Positions 10,971-22,570 of a DNA stretch of 64,000 nucleotides are shown one piece after another (the stretch's first letter is position 1; every line of letters begins with the position of its first letter). The stretch comes from an uncultured Gammaproteobacteria bacterium (GTDB lineage: Bacteria > Pseudomonadota > Gammaproteobacteria > CAWCPV01), in assembly GCA_963797555.1 (NCBI GenBank), contig CAWCPV010000007.1, positions 160,001 through 224,000 of the forward strand. The letters run 5' to 3'. The notes beneath the pieces are model-generated. The model ran no database searches. It was given only the letters and a program-made list of their open reading frames with translations, and was not told where the DNA came from. Both the position numbers and the translations under genes were made by a program.

Positions 10971-11549
10971 ATGAGTGGGCCTTCAATCGTGTTCAGAACC
11001 TATAGACGGACGCCGGTCCGGCATTTCTGGGTGGTCCTGGGAACCGCCGCTATCACCGGGTGCGCTTCGGTATCTTCCGTAGAGCCGATGGGAGAACGCC
11101 CGAAAGAGGTCACGGCGCAGGTGTGGCAAGGGACCTGGATACACCAAGAGCATCCGGTGACCGTCAGGGTGTCGGACCCGCGTGCGGGATTGCTCGATGT
11201 CGCGTGGGTGGAAGAGAAGGAAGGTGCGCTAAAGCTCGAATCCTATCGGATCGCCCTGAGAGAATCCGCTGAATCGACCTTCGCGAACACCAAAGATCCG
11301 GGTCAGCCCGGTCGTTATCTGTGGGCCCTGGTCAAGCGGGAGGACGAACAGATCGTGGTGTGGACCCCGGACGCCGTCCAGTGCGCGAAGCGGGTTCAAG
11401 CGGGTGTGCTGGCCGGGACGGTCGGCAAGGGGGGAGACGTAACCTTGGGAAAGCTCTCTTCGAAGCAGATCAAACAACTGGCCTCTCCCGGTCAGGGCAG
11501 TTGCTTGAGGTGGACCGAGCCGCTGGTGTTCTTCCGCGTCGGAAAGTAG
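10971..11549 (+). CDS. Putative lipoprotein
   Basis: Hydrophobic stretch plus lipobox-like ITGC. Confidence 0.6.
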   Translation: MSGPSIVFRTYRRTPVRHFWVVLGTAAITGCASVSSVEPMGERPKEVTAQVWQGTWIHQEHPVTVRVSDPRAGLLDVAWVEEKEGALKLESYRIALRESAESTFANTKDPGQPGRYLWALVKREDEQIVVWTPDAVQCAKRVQAGVLAGTVGKGGDVTLGKLSSKQIKQLASPGQGSCLRWTEPLVFFRVGK

Positions 11550-11973
11550 CGGCCGGAGCCAGACCCCACTGATTGGGACCTAGCCACCCGCTCTCGGGCG
11601 TCGAAGATCCCCTGTGCAGCGAAGGACAGGTCTCCAGGTGCTCCTCGGGGTTCTGGCGGAACGTACGGGCCGACTGCGGGCAATCGGGGCGAAACCCCGT
11701 CGACTGTTGCTCCCGCGACGCTGAATCTCTCTGCATCCGCCGAGGTGCTGCACCCATCGTCCGCCGCGCCTGCCCGAAACCGGTGACGAAACCGGGCCGG
11801 AAACCGTGACTGGGCAGGGCCAATGCCGGTCACTGCCCAGCGCACGCGGGATTAACACTCTCGGCCTGTCCGGGCAGTGTGCCGGGGTGTGCAGGATCGA
11901 CGACGCTCATCCGGACGTGGGCTGGGCCGCCGTGTAATACTGGTGCGGGTCAATTTATCAACGCTAACCGAGC

Positions 11974-13788
11974 ATGCCGAAAGTCCGTAAAGGCTCCCGC
12001 TCCCCCTCCCTGGTGCCGAAAAAGCTCACCCGGGAGCGGGACCAGGTGCTCGAGTTCGTGCGTCGGGGTCAACAGCTCGCGAACGTTCTCGATGACCCCG
12101 GCCTCAGCGGGGAGATCGACCAGCTTTCCGCCAGTGCCCTGAAGCCTTTTTTGTTCGTCGTCGTGGGCGAGGTCAAGTCCGGCAAGAGCAGCCTCATCAA
12201 CGCTCTGCTGGAGGCCCCGGTGTGCGCCGTGGACAGTGCCCCCTGCACGACGCGTGTGCAGGAGATCAGCTACGCGGAGGAGGAGAGCCGCACCGAGGTC
12301 TCCGAGTTCGAGGAGCACCTGCACCTGCCCCATGCCATCCTGCGGCACATCGCCATCGTCGACACTCCCGGCACCAACTCCATCATTCGTGAGCACCAGC
12401 GCATCACCGAGAACTACATCCCCCAGAGCGACCTGGTGCTGTTCGTGTTCTTCGCGAAGAACCCTTACACCGGGAGCGCCTGGGACTTCCTGCGCTACAT
12501 CAAACACGACTGGCAGCGCAACACCCTGTTCGTACTCCAGCAGGCGGACCTGCTGGATGCCGGGGAATTGGAGCGCACGCTATCGCTGGTCAAGCAGCAG
12601 CTCGCCGAAGAGAGCATTGCCGAGCCCGTCGTCTTCCCGGTCTCCGTGCTCACCGCTGAAGGCTTGGACGTGCTGCGCGAGTACCTGCGCATCGAGGTGG
12701 TTCAGGGGCGGCAATTCAATAAGAGCATCTCGCTGACACACAACGTCCTGCGTTTCTTGCGCCGCCTGGAAGCCGCCTTGCGCGATCACGAATGCCTCCT
12801 GCAGAACGATGAGACGTTGCTGGGCGAGCTGCGCCAACTGGCCGTCGGGTTGGGGCCGGAAGCGGACCAGGAATACGCGGCCCTGACGGCGAGGGCGCGG
12901 CACTACGCGGACGAGGCGCGACAGTGGCTGTTCGGGCAGGCCGTCGCGGCCGGCAGCTCGGGTGCTGATGTTGCCCGGGCCGGCTGGAGCTGGCGGGACT
13001 GGCGCTCGCTCCGGGAGCGCATGCGGCGCCTCGGGGCGGCTCTCGCGGAGCGCGCCGCGGTCGGGGAGGCTCTGTCCAGCGGCTGGGACAGGTCGCTGCG
13101 TACCGCCGAGCGCTTCAACCGGCTGCAGCTCGACCTGAACCGCTGTCTGTTTCGGGCACAGTTGCGGCGTATCGACCTCTACCGACAACTGAAACGGCAG
13201 GTGGAGCAGCAGCTCGCTGCCATCGCCGCCGATCCCCCGTGCCTTGCGAAACCGCTCGACGATGCGCTCGCGCGCGGGCGTCAGCGAACCCTCACCCGGG
13301 CCCGCGACGCGGTCCAGAGCCTCGGCGAGCTCGGCCTGGAGGGCTCCATCTCGCGGCTTCCCGCGCTGAGCGCGCTGAGGCCCTGGTCGTCTGTCTACGG
13401 AGTCGCTCAGGTTGGTGCCGGGGCGGCTTGCCTGGTCGTCGGCTACCGCCTGGACGATCTGCTGGCGGGCTTGCTGCTCGGCGTGGTGGGCTATCTGGGA
13501 GCCGGGTACGCTCTGGCCCGTCGGAGCCGGGCGCGTATCGGCGGACAGGCCGCGGCTGCGCTGGAGAAGAGCATCGAGGACGTCGACCGGCGGCTGCGCG
13601 AGACCCTCCTGACCCAGCCCCCCGAGCTGCAGGGCGCCATGCAGGATACCGTGGGCCGGTTCGAGCGCGACCTCGAGGAGCGGCGGGCTCGAACCGAAGA
13701 GCTGCTTCCCTCGGTCAACGCCTTGCGCGAGGACATCAAGCGCTTTCAATCGGAGGTGTGGGCCGATGCGGTGGAGGGTGACCAGTGA
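11974..13788 (+). CDS. Bacterial dynamin-like GTPase 1
   Basis: GEVKSGKSS, DTPG, QQAD; helical stalk and a C-terminal hydrophobic hairpin. Confidence 0.85.
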   Translation: MPKVRKGSRSPSLVPKKLTRERDQVLEFVRRGQQLANVLDDPGLSGEIDQLSASALKPFLFVVVGEVKSGKSSLINALLEAPVCAVDSAPCTTRVQEISYAEEESRTEVSEFEEHLHLPHAILRHIAIVDTPGTNSIIREHQRITENYIPQSDLVLFVFFAKNPYTGSAWDFLRYIKHDWQRNTLFVLQQADLLDAGELERTLSLVKQQLAEESIAEPVVFPVSVLTAEGLDVLREYLRIEVVQGRQFNKSISLTHNVLRFLRRLEAALRDHECLLQNDETLLGELRQLAVGLGPEADQEYAALTARARHYADEARQWLFGQAVAAGSSGADVARAGWSWRDWRSLRERMRRLGAALAERAAVGEALSSGWDRSLRTAERFNRLQLDLNRCLFRAQLRRIDLYRQLKRQVEQQLAAIAADPPCLAKPLDDALARGRQRTLTRARDAVQSLGELGLEGSISRLPALSALRPWSSVYGVAQVGAGAACLVVGYRLDDLLAGLLLGVVGYLGAGYALARRSRARIGGQAAAALEKSIEDVDRRLRETLLTQPPELQGAMQDTVGRFERDLEERRARTEELLPSVNALREDIKRFQSEVWADAVEGDQ

Positions 13789-13845
13789 GACACCAGTGGT
13801 CAGGGCCAGGGATGCGGTGCTCAGGTATCGAACAACCTCAGTCCC

Positions 13846-13871
13846 GTCATTCCGGTGAATGCCGGAATCCA
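13846..13871 (+). repeat. Single REP-like palindrome GTCATTCCGGTGAATGCCGGAATCCA
   Basis: ATTCCGG...CCGGAAT hairpin between the dynamin genes; resembles widespread intergenic REP-type repeats. Confidence 0.6.
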
Positions 13872-14179
13872 ACCCTGCAACGTGCGCGTCCTGAATCTCG
13901 GGATATCGGCTTGCACGGGCATGACGTTTGGTACTGAACATGGCTGTCGTCCCAGGACGGCAAGGTGTGGACCGATGCGGTTCACGACCACCCGTGAGCC
14001 CCCGCGCCGGTTTGGCGGTCCTGATGACCTGCCGGACGTCTTCCGTCTCGCCATGAGCCGTCCGGCCAGGCGTTTGGCCGCAGGTTCACGCTTACCGGCC
14101 ACTCCGACAGCGGCCCGTGCTACCTTTGACTCCGGCCGGCGCAGCAGCGCGCCCTTCGAGTCCGCAGCGTACACCGACG

Positions 14180-15940
14180 ATGCTACGTATTGCTAAATCC
14201 CTGTTCGACAGGAGCCTGGTCCCGAGCGCCCTGACCCAGCAGCGGGATCAGTTGCTGGGCTTCATACGGCAGGGCCAGCAGCTCGCCACCGTGCTGGGTG
14301 AGTCTGCGCTCAGCGCCGAGATCGACCAGCTTTCCGCCAGTGCCGTGAAGCCTTTTTTGTTCGTCGTCGTGGGCGAGGTCAAGTCCGGCAAGAGCAGCCT
14401 CATCAACGCTCTGCTGGAGGCCCCGGTGTGCGCCGTGGACAGTGCCCCCTGCACGACCCGGGTGCAGGAGATCAGCTACGGGGAGGAGGAGAGCCGCACC
14501 GAGGTCTCCGAGTTCGAAGAGCACTTGCACCTGCCCCATGCCATTCTGCGGCACATCGCCATCGTCGACACTCCCGGCACCAACTCCATCATTCGTGAGC
14601 ACCAGCGCATCACCGAGAACTACATCCCCCAGAGCGACCTGGTGCTGTTCGTATTCTTCGCGAAGAACCCCTACACCGGGAGCGCCTGGGACTTCCTGCG
14701 CTACATCAAGCACGACTGGCAGCGCAACACCCTGTTCGTGCTCCAGCAGGCGGACCTGCTGCCTTCCGACGAGCGCAAGCGCACCGAGGAGCACATCCGC
14801 GAACAGCTCATCCAAGACGGCATCGAGAACCCCGTCGTGTTCGCGGTGTCGGTCAAGACCGGCAACGGGATGGGGGCGCTGCGCGACTATTTGCGCGCCG
14901 AAGTGATAGAGGGGCGCCAGTTCACCAAGGTCCAGTCCCTGGCGAATAACCTCATGCACTTCGTCGGCGGTCTGGACAAGCTGCTCCACGTACACGAACG
15001 GCTCAACCAGCACGACGAGATCCTGCTCGGAAAGCTCCATGGTCTCACCCTGAACCTGCAGGCCGAGGCCGAAGTAGACAGGCAGGTCGCCGCCATGATG
15101 GACGCCTGCCGGCGCCGCACCGAAGAAGCCGAGCGGCGCCTGCGCAAGCGCTTCCAGGGCCGCCATTCGTTCCTGGACAAGCTCGACACCCTCAAGAACG
15201 CGCTCGGCAGCGGGCACGAGGTACGGCAGTGGCTGGCCGATTTCTTCGCCCAGGTGCAGGCCGAGATCAGCCACGCCCTCTATCAGGACCAGTTGCGCTA
15301 CTTCTCGGAGCTGCACCGCCGCTCCCAGGAGTTGGGTCAGCAGATGCTGGAAGTCCTGGCCAACCGTCCCGGCTACCTCAAGAAATCCGCCTCGGATGCG
15401 CTGGCGCGCCGGCGCGACCAGACCCTGAGCGAGGTCCGCCAGCGCCTGGCCGCCCTCGACGACATCCGCCTCGAGGAGACCGTGCAGCCGCAGGCCTCGC
15501 TCGGGCGCCTGAACCGCCTGATCCTGGCCTACCGCCTGGCTCAGGGCGGGGCCGCGCTGGGGGTGCTGGTCCTCTCGGTGCATTTCGGCGACCTGTTCAG
15601 CGGCCTCATCCTCGCCGGTGTGAGCTACCTGGGCGTCGGGTATGCGCTGTTCGCGCGCAACCGCGAACGCCTGGAGACTCGATGCAGCCTGGCGTTGCAG
15701 GCGAGCCTAGCCGACCTGGAGCAGCGCCTGCGTACCGACATAGGGGAGCACCTGAACAGCCTGAAGGCGGTGGGCGACGGCGCCCTGACCCTGTTCGAGC
15801 GCGACCTCGGCGACCGGCGCAAGCAGACCGAGACCCTGGTCCGCTCGGCCCGCGAGTTACGCGACGGCATCCAGCGCTTCCAGGCGGCAGCGGCCGCGGC
15901 AAGGGCGGGCGGCGGGGCACAGACGGAGGGGGGGGTATGA
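14180..15940 (+). CDS. Bacterial dynamin-like GTPase 2
   Basis: Same G motifs as gene 1; divergent stalk and hydrophobic hairpin. Confidence 0.85.
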   Translation: MLRIAKSLFDRSLVPSALTQQRDQLLGFIRQGQQLATVLGESALSAEIDQLSASAVKPFLFVVVGEVKSGKSSLINALLEAPVCAVDSAPCTTRVQEISYGEEESRTEVSEFEEHLHLPHAILRHIAIVDTPGTNSIIREHQRITENYIPQSDLVLFVFFAKNPYTGSAWDFLRYIKHDWQRNTLFVLQQADLLPSDERKRTEEHIREQLIQDGIENPVVFAVSVKTGNGMGALRDYLRAEVIEGRQFTKVQSLANNLMHFVGGLDKLLHVHERLNQHDEILLGKLHGLTLNLQAEAEVDRQVAAMMDACRRRTEEAERRLRKRFQGRHSFLDKLDTLKNALGSGHEVRQWLADFFAQVQAEISHALYQDQLRYFSELHRRSQELGQQMLEVLANRPGYLKKSASDALARRRDQTLSEVRQRLAALDDIRLEETVQPQASLGRLNRLILAYRLAQGGAALGVLVLSVHFGDLFSGLILAGVSYLGVGYALFARNRERLETRCSLALQASLADLEQRLRTDIGEHLNSLKAVGDGALTLFERDLGDRRKQTETLVRSARELRDGIQRFQAAAAAARAGGGAQTEGGV

Positions 15941-16232
15941 ACCTGTCTGTGACCATATTGTTTTATTCCGCGACGGCAGCCAGGAGAGCGGCGGCCGGCT
16001 GCAGACAGGGGGCCAATGAACTCGTCAAGGGGCTCCTATCCCCCTGAGCAGACTGCCCTCCCAGTTTCTGAAGGGCGGCCGATCAGGGACTCCTATGCCT
16101 GGCACGGTTCGTTGTGCGGTCGGTGTGTGCCGCTCGGCCGCCTGCTCCAACCCCATGGCTCGCACGGCGTCTCATACGTTATCCGGAGTTGTGCTACGCT
16201 TGATGTCGATGTAGCACCTTGGGGGCAGCACC

Positions 16233-16460
16233 GTGCGGGAACTGACCATACGCGAGATGCGCGAGAATCTAGGTCGGCTGGGCGAGCTGGTGGAAGGGGA
16301 GGGCGAGGTTGTCATCACGCGCCGGGGAATACCCATCGCCCGCCTGCTGCCAGTGAAGAACGTGCGTCGGCGGCCATCTCATGCCGAACTGCGCGCGTCG
16401 ATGCCCTTCCTGAAGACGCCGAACGAGAAGCTGGTCAGAGCCGACAGGAACGAGCGGTAG
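16233..16460 (+). CDS. Phd/YefM family antitoxin
   Basis: EGEGEVVITRRGIPIARL. Confidence 0.85.
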   Translation: MRELTIREMRENLGRLGELVEGEGEVVITRRGIPIARLLPVKNVRRRPSHAELRASMPFLKTPNEKLVRADRNER

Positions 16461-16721
16461 AGCACGGTCTATGTGGATACGTCCGCATTGGCGAAGTGGT
16501 ACGTCAATGAAGCCAGATCGGAGGACTTCGCGGCCTGGGTGCAGCAGGAAGCTGAGCTGCACATCAGTACATTGACCGCGGTCGAAATGCGGTGCCTCCT
16601 TGCCCGGCGTCGCCGCAACCGCGAGCTGACCCAAACGCAGCACACGCGTTGCACCTGGAAGTGGTGCGGTTCGACTGAGCGTTCACGGCGTCGGCGAGGA
16701 CCGCTCCGGGGCCGCGAATAA
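16461..16721 (+). pseudogene. VapC PIN toxin, C-terminally truncated
   Basis: VYVDTSALAKWYVNE...ISTLTAVE; homology appears lost after about 16640. Confidence 0.7.
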
Positions 16722-17185
16722 AGCACGGCAGGGCTCTTTAACTCAGACCTGCGGCACCAGCAGTGAGGACCTCACCCGCACCGTCAATGCCCACCGATCG
16801 TGAGTCCGCAATACCCTGACGGCGTGTGTTGTCCCGAGTGTTTTGGTCACCCAACACCACGCGCCATCGTGGAGGACGAGTCCAAGGAAGTCGGAACCTG
16901 CGATTTTTGCGGGTCGACTGCCGTCCCGATCCTACATGTGTCTGCTTTATCGGACGCCTTCCGCAATGCAACGAGTATTTACTCCGCTGCTGAGCGTGGT
17001 GCGTCAATTCCTCCTTGGACTGAGCCCTATGACGAAGGGGACCCCCTCCACGTCCTACTGCAAGACGACTGGCAAGTCGTCAGCGAGAAACTCACCGGCT
17101 CCGATAACGTTTCAGCCCTGCTCCAAGCCATTCTCGAAGCTGGATGGGACGATGATAGCGGAGAGCCTTTTCCGGATGCCAATGC

Positions 17186-18842
17186 CCTGGACCCGTGACT
17201 TGAATCTCCGAGCGCCCGGGGCGCGAGAGAATGGGAGCTATTCTCAGTTGAGTTGGTTAGTTTTTAGCCAACCGGTGACGCCGGCTATGTACAGCGGGCG
17301 TAGACCCTCGTCGGCGCAGGAGTGACGGCGGGGCTTTGAGGCTTGGACGCTGAATTTCGGGCGTAGGTTTACACCGGGGTCTGGTGAGGCCCGGGTCGAG
17401 TTTCTATGGAGGTCGTCCTAGCTACCCGAAGGCGAGTTGGTAATACAGCTGCTCGAAGGCGCGGAAGCCGGGACAGAGCCGGCTGAAGCGCAGCTTCAGT
17501 CTGCGGGCGGTGGCGACCAACCGGGCGGCGAGGTACATCAGTTCCTGGAGGACGGTCTTGATCCGCCGGCGCTTGGCCGGATGGCGCAGGGGAGCCGACT
17601 CGCCGGTCAGCCCGATGAGCCCGATGAAGCGCAGGATGTTGTAGGCGAACACGGCAAAGGCGAGCACCAGGTCATTGGTGTCGAATTTCCCGGAGGGCAG
17701 CCGTTCGATATCGAGGTCGGTCTTGAACTCGCTGTGGAACTGCTCGGAGGTCCCGGTACAGGGCGACGATCTCCGCGTCCGGATAGGCGAGCGAGGTCCA
17801 CCAGCCATCGAGCTCCAGCTCCGGTACCAACAGCGCCTGGCCCTTCTTGTCGATGGTGCGCTCGGTCACCCGCATCACCCGGCGAACGTGGTAGGTGTGC
17901 TCCCGATGGGGGTGCTCCTCGACGACGCTGAACAGCGCCACGCGCTTGCCGGGTCGGGGTGTCTCCCATGCCCCTTGGCGCTCGGCGCGCTCCAGCCAAT
18001 GGGCAGGGTCCTCGCCCCGAGGGTTCCACTGGATAATGAAGTCCACCTCCTCTTCGAGGTAGCGCAGCCGGTTCTCCAAGGCGTCGTGGGCGCTGTCCTG
18101 GCGCACCAGCAGCGGCAGTTTGGTCAGGCGCCTGGCCCGCGGCAGGATGCGCTCCCAGACCTAGCCGAATTCCTTCTGACTGTGCTGCTTGCCTTCTCGC
18201 AGCTCACAGCCGACGCACCACCCTTCGGTTCCCACGTAGGTCGCGATCGGCGCATAACCGTCATAGCCGTGGTAGGTGCGCGAGACTCCTTCTTGCTTGG
18301 TCCCGGAGTTGTCCATGGGAAAGACATCGATGTCCACCGGCACATGACCGGTCTTGAGCGCACTGACCGGTGCCTTGGCGTTGACCATGAACTCGATATC
18401 GGCCTCGTCAATGACCTCCCGCAGGACCGCTGCGTGCTCGTCGAGACGCTGCCTCAGCGTTTCTGGCGAGGGTACCCGCTCCAGCCCCAACGCCTGGCGG
18501 AAGAAATCGTCCTCTCGGACGTTGGAGACCGCTTCGAAGTCGCTCTTGCCCAAACACATCAACCCCAGATAGCTCTTGGCTACGTCTTCATGGGAGATGC
18601 CGTGGCGTAGCGGGATCGCCTCCTTCAGCGCCTTGCCCAACCCGCTAAAGCGGTTGACGCAAAGACCGACCAAGGCCAGACCAGAATGGGAGGTGTAAAA
18701 TTCCTCATCGGACTGCTCCAAGATGAACCGCTTCATCGTTCACCTGCCGGGTGAGCTGGAGTGCGGCCCGATTTTAGCTGAACTGCAATGATAAATCAGC
18801 AGGTTGCGGCCATCCGCTGAGACGCGAAGTCACGGAATCAGG
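17186..18842 (-). mobile_element. IS1380-family insertion sequence (1657 bp)
   Basis: Imperfect inverted ends CCTGGACCCGTGACTT / CCTGATTCCGTGACTT; 5-bp target duplication AATGC at 17181-17185 and 18843-18847. Confidence 0.85.
17422..18736 (-). CDS. IS1380-family DDE transposase (frameshifted)
   Basis: TSHSGLAL, PSPETLRQRL, DIDVFPMDNSGTK.EGVSRTY.GYDGYAP, EQFHSEFKTDLDIERLPSGKF. Confidence 0.85.
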
Positions 18843-19695
18843 AATGCCCTATTCGTACGCGTGCCGTCGTGTCTCTACCAAGCTCCTGACGAATCGTGGG
18901 AAGAGTTCAGTCAGCGAGTGCGAAAAGACGGGTCGATAGAACATCAACTTCCCCATGCTCTCGAAGAGGACATCTACTGTCTTGAGAAGGAAATCCCCGA
19001 ACGAAGCACGTTTTACAGAGCCCGGAAAGGGTTTGAAGAGGATGCTTGGGGGCACAAGCAGCCATACAGGGGTGCCGAGATTGGGCTGCCATCACCTGAA
19101 AAGGCATTACCAGGACGGGCGAATAAGGGGGGCGAACCAGTCCTATACCTCGCGAAGGAAGAAAGGACAGCCGTCTCTGAGATTCGGCCAGCTCGCGGAC
19201 TACTGGTCTCTGTAGGGGAATTTGCCACCCGTCGCTCCACTCGCCTGCTCGACTTTGGTCAGCCCCATTGCGGAACCCGATCCTTTCGTGGACGACCCAC
19301 TGCGTTACTTGGATGGAGTTCGCTGGGCTGATGAGAGCTTTCGCTTCGTCTTTGTCCCAACCGTTGGAACGCGACGATACAACAGAAGATTACCGCGCGT
19401 CGCAGTGGCTTTCCGCCTGGATCAGCGATCACGGATTCGATGGTATTCTTTATCCCAGCGCAATGAATCCGAGCGGTGTGAACTTGGTGCTGTTTGATCC
19501 AAGGGCCGCGTCGGCCGTGGACTCGAATCTCCGAAGGATCACAGATGTTCGGTGGAGCTACAAGGGATTTGGCGATGGAGATGAAGAGTAAGATACGATC
19601 AGTGACCAACTGCATGAACCGGCTGGAGGGGGGGAGGTCGGCGACGCGCCGAAATTGCCGCTGATTCTGGCGGGCTTGACCACCGGTAGGCATTG

Positions 19696-21757
19696 ATGGA
19701 CTCAGTCGCGAAGCAATTAGAGGACATCCTGCGCGCCTACCAGGCAAAACCCGAGCTTATCCGCGAGCACTACAATGGTGAGGAATCTGACCGGCGAGGC
19801 TACGCTGGACGCCCCCTGCTGGAGCTGATCCAGAATGTTGAGGATGCCCTCGCGGACGCGGAACAGCGGGGCGATATGCTGCTGGCGCTCACCGACGGAA
19901 TGCTCACCATCGCCAACCAGGGTACTCCGTTCTCGGAGCGGGGCTTCCAGGCGCTTTGCGATCGGAATGACAGCCCCAATCGCCGCAGCCAGCGTTTCGT
20001 GGGCAGCAAGGGCACCGGATTCAAGGCCGTGCTCAACTGGTCTGACGGACTGGAAATCTACTCGGGGGCCATCGGGGCGCGTTTCGACCGAGTTGAGGCG
20101 GCAACCCGGATCCTTGAGGCTGTATGCGATGAGGGGCGTACGCGGCTCGATGCAGACGGGCACTGGCCAGACTCCCACATGCCCCTCCTGCGGGTGCCGC
20201 TACCGGCGATTCCGGACCAGCGCATGTGTCAGCTCCTTGGCGAAGGCTGGGCAACCGTCATTCGGCTTCATTTGTTCCCCGACAGGGTGACTGAAGTCGG
20301 CGACCAGCTGCGCTCGCTGGATCCGCGCGACCTACTTTTTCTCAGCCACCTCGGCGAGGTGACTCTGCGGCTGGACGGTGTACCGCTCACCTGGACACTG
20401 CACCGGCATCGGCATCGGCAAACCCAGGGCGTCGAATCCCACGACCTAGAGGTGCTGAAGGACGGCAGGACACACGCGAGCTATCGGGTGCTGCGGAGAC
20501 GCCTGCCGGATGTCCGCCCGGAGGAATCCGATGAGGTCGGGGACGTCGAGGTCGCGCTCGCCTACTGCACCGACGCGGGCGACCAAGCGACAGCGAGTTA
20601 CGTCTACAATTTCTTCCCGACAGAGTGCCTTTCCCCCTTGCCGGCGATAGCGATTCACGGGACCTTCCTGCTCACCTCTGACCGCAACCACTTGCGCAAA
20701 GACGATCCGAGCTACCAGGACGCCTTGATCGCGGCCCTCAGCGAGCTGTGCGCAGAGTACCTGATCCCGGAGCTCGTGGATCGTTTCGGACACAGGGCGC
20801 TGAACTATCTGCGGCCTGGGCCGCAGGTGGCGGGCTCATCAGAGAGTGTCGAGCGCGTGCTCAGCGAACGGTTGGTCGGTACGGTCCGGTCGATGCCTTT
20901 CGTGCCCACGGTGAGCGGTCGCAACGTGGCTCCTAAGGACCTGCGGCTGTGGAGCCATAGGTTGGGAGATCTGCTCGACGAGCATCCCGATGCGCCAGAC
21001 GAACCGGCGCTTCCCCGTCCCGCTTGGTGGCGGCGCATGCTTCGTCCGCTGTCCGCGGGCGCCACTCGGAGAGGACGCTCAAATGACCCATGGGATCCAG
21101 CCGTCCTGCACCAAGCATTGAAGGATTTGGCGGGGCGGCGGGATCTCATGGAAGACGCCTTGGCGAGACTGCTTGAGAAACTCGAACGATCGCAGGAGGA
21201 CGCCCATGCGTACCTTCATAACAAGGGGATCAGCGAAGAAGACATCAAGCTCTGGCACCCGCCGGAAACCACGAAGCCGGATCTTCCACTGTCACCCCCA
21301 ATTCGGCATCCCGAACCCGTGCCCATGGTCCCTCCGACCGAACCCGAACCTGAGCCAATTCCGCCTACGACCGGCGTCCCCGCCGTTACCGTCGGGGTAC
21401 CGGCGCCCGAGCCGGTGGTTCTCCCTACGGAGATTCCGCTCGTGACGGTTGTCCCCCCGACCCCGCAGGTACCGCCCAATGTCCCCCCGAGCGGGGGGCC
21501 CGGCCGGGACCAGTCCGCTCGCGAGCACGGCACGACCGCCGAGGCGTGGCTTCGAAAACAGCTCAGCGATCTGTTCCAAGGGCAGTGCGAAGTCAGCGAC
21601 AGACCAGACCGTAGCCAAGGCGGCGAGTCAGACATCGTCATCCGGAGGAACAGTGAAGATCTGCTGCACGTCGAGGCCAAAGCGGTCGAGAGAGGCCTAA
21701 TCTACTGGAGCGAGGGTGAAGTTGAGAAGGCATTGCAGTCGGGAGACAGGTACGCTA
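19696..21757 (+). pseudogene. Sacsin-like GHKL ATPase with C-terminal DUF3883/NOV_C-like nuclease domain, 5' part
   Basis: LELIQNVED, ANQGTPFS, VGSKGTGFKAV; C-terminal DIVI...HVEAK...WSEGE; cut by IS66 at 21758. Confidence 0.75.
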
Positions 21758-21849
21758 GTAACCGTTCAGACCCTCCCACCAGTTGATCGATGCGTTAAGA
21801 GCGCGTCCAGCGCAGCAGAGCCGCTCGGCTTGTCGTACACTCCCGGCTC

Positions 21850-22568
21850 ATGGATCAAGAGCCCTCTATTCCGCAGGCGATCACGGCGAGCGGCCGGAGC
21901 TTTACCGAAGAGGAGATCTCCGCCATCGTCCGAATGGTGTCGATGTGCGTGGGCCTGAGTCGTTTTGAGCTGGCGCAGACCATCTGTGAGCTGCTGGGGT
22001 GGAGACGGGACAACGGAGCCCTGAAGTCCCGCGAGGGTCGGGATCTACTGGAGCGGTTGGAAGCTCGGGGGGATCTGAGGCTTCCCGCCAAGCGCACGGG
22101 CAGGCCCAAGGGGCGGCGCACCTGCACTGCGCAGACCGATCGGGGCGAACGCCGCGGCGAGATTGCCGGTGCGCTGCAGGAGGTGGCCCCGGTGGAGCTT
22201 CAGTTAGTGCGCCAGGCCGAGGGACGGGCATTGTGGCGCGAGCTTCTCGCGCGCTATCACTACTTGGGCTATGCCACACCCTTTGGGGCCCAGTTGGTCT
22301 ATCTCATCTGCTCCCAGCGCCGGGAGGGGGAGGTGTTGGGCGGGCTCACCTACACCAGCCCGGCCTGGCGCATGCAGGCCCGCGATGCGTGGATCGGCTG
22401 CGCTTTGCCGGGACCTGCTACCGGGCGGCCAACTGGTGCGAGGTGGGCGAGACCAGCGGACGCGGGCGCATGGACCGTGCGCACCAACGCCATGGCAGAG
22501 CGATAAAGCGGGTCTTCCTCTACGCTCTGCACCCGCAGGCCAGAGAGCGCCTGCGCGGTGAGCGCTGA
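21850..22568 (+). pseudogene. DUF4338 (DruA-like) protein, internally deleted
   Basis: YHYLGY, ARDAWIG, FAGTCYRAANW..VGETSGRGR; lacks the segment present in copy 2. Confidence 0.75.
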
Positions 22569-22570
22569 AC

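Larger units (their letters stand above)
16800..19591 (+). pseudogene. RES-domain protein with N-terminal Zn-ribbon, interrupted by IS1380
   Basis: CPEC...CDFC at the N-terminus; after the IS: FYRAR, GRAN...LYLA...AVSEIRP, YRASQWL, FDGILYPS, NLVLF. Removing the IS restores frame (PDANALFVRVP); an extra frameshift near 19270. Confidence 0.8.

Noticed and set aside
11680-11845. Possible structured ncRNA (repeated GAAACC and a CTGGGCAG/CTGCCCAG stem)
   Set aside because: No recognisable RNA family, and such stems are expected by chance at this GC content
21850-22568. Druantia defence system
   Set aside because: Only the DUF4338 gene is present, inside an IS; no DruE helicase or other dru genes
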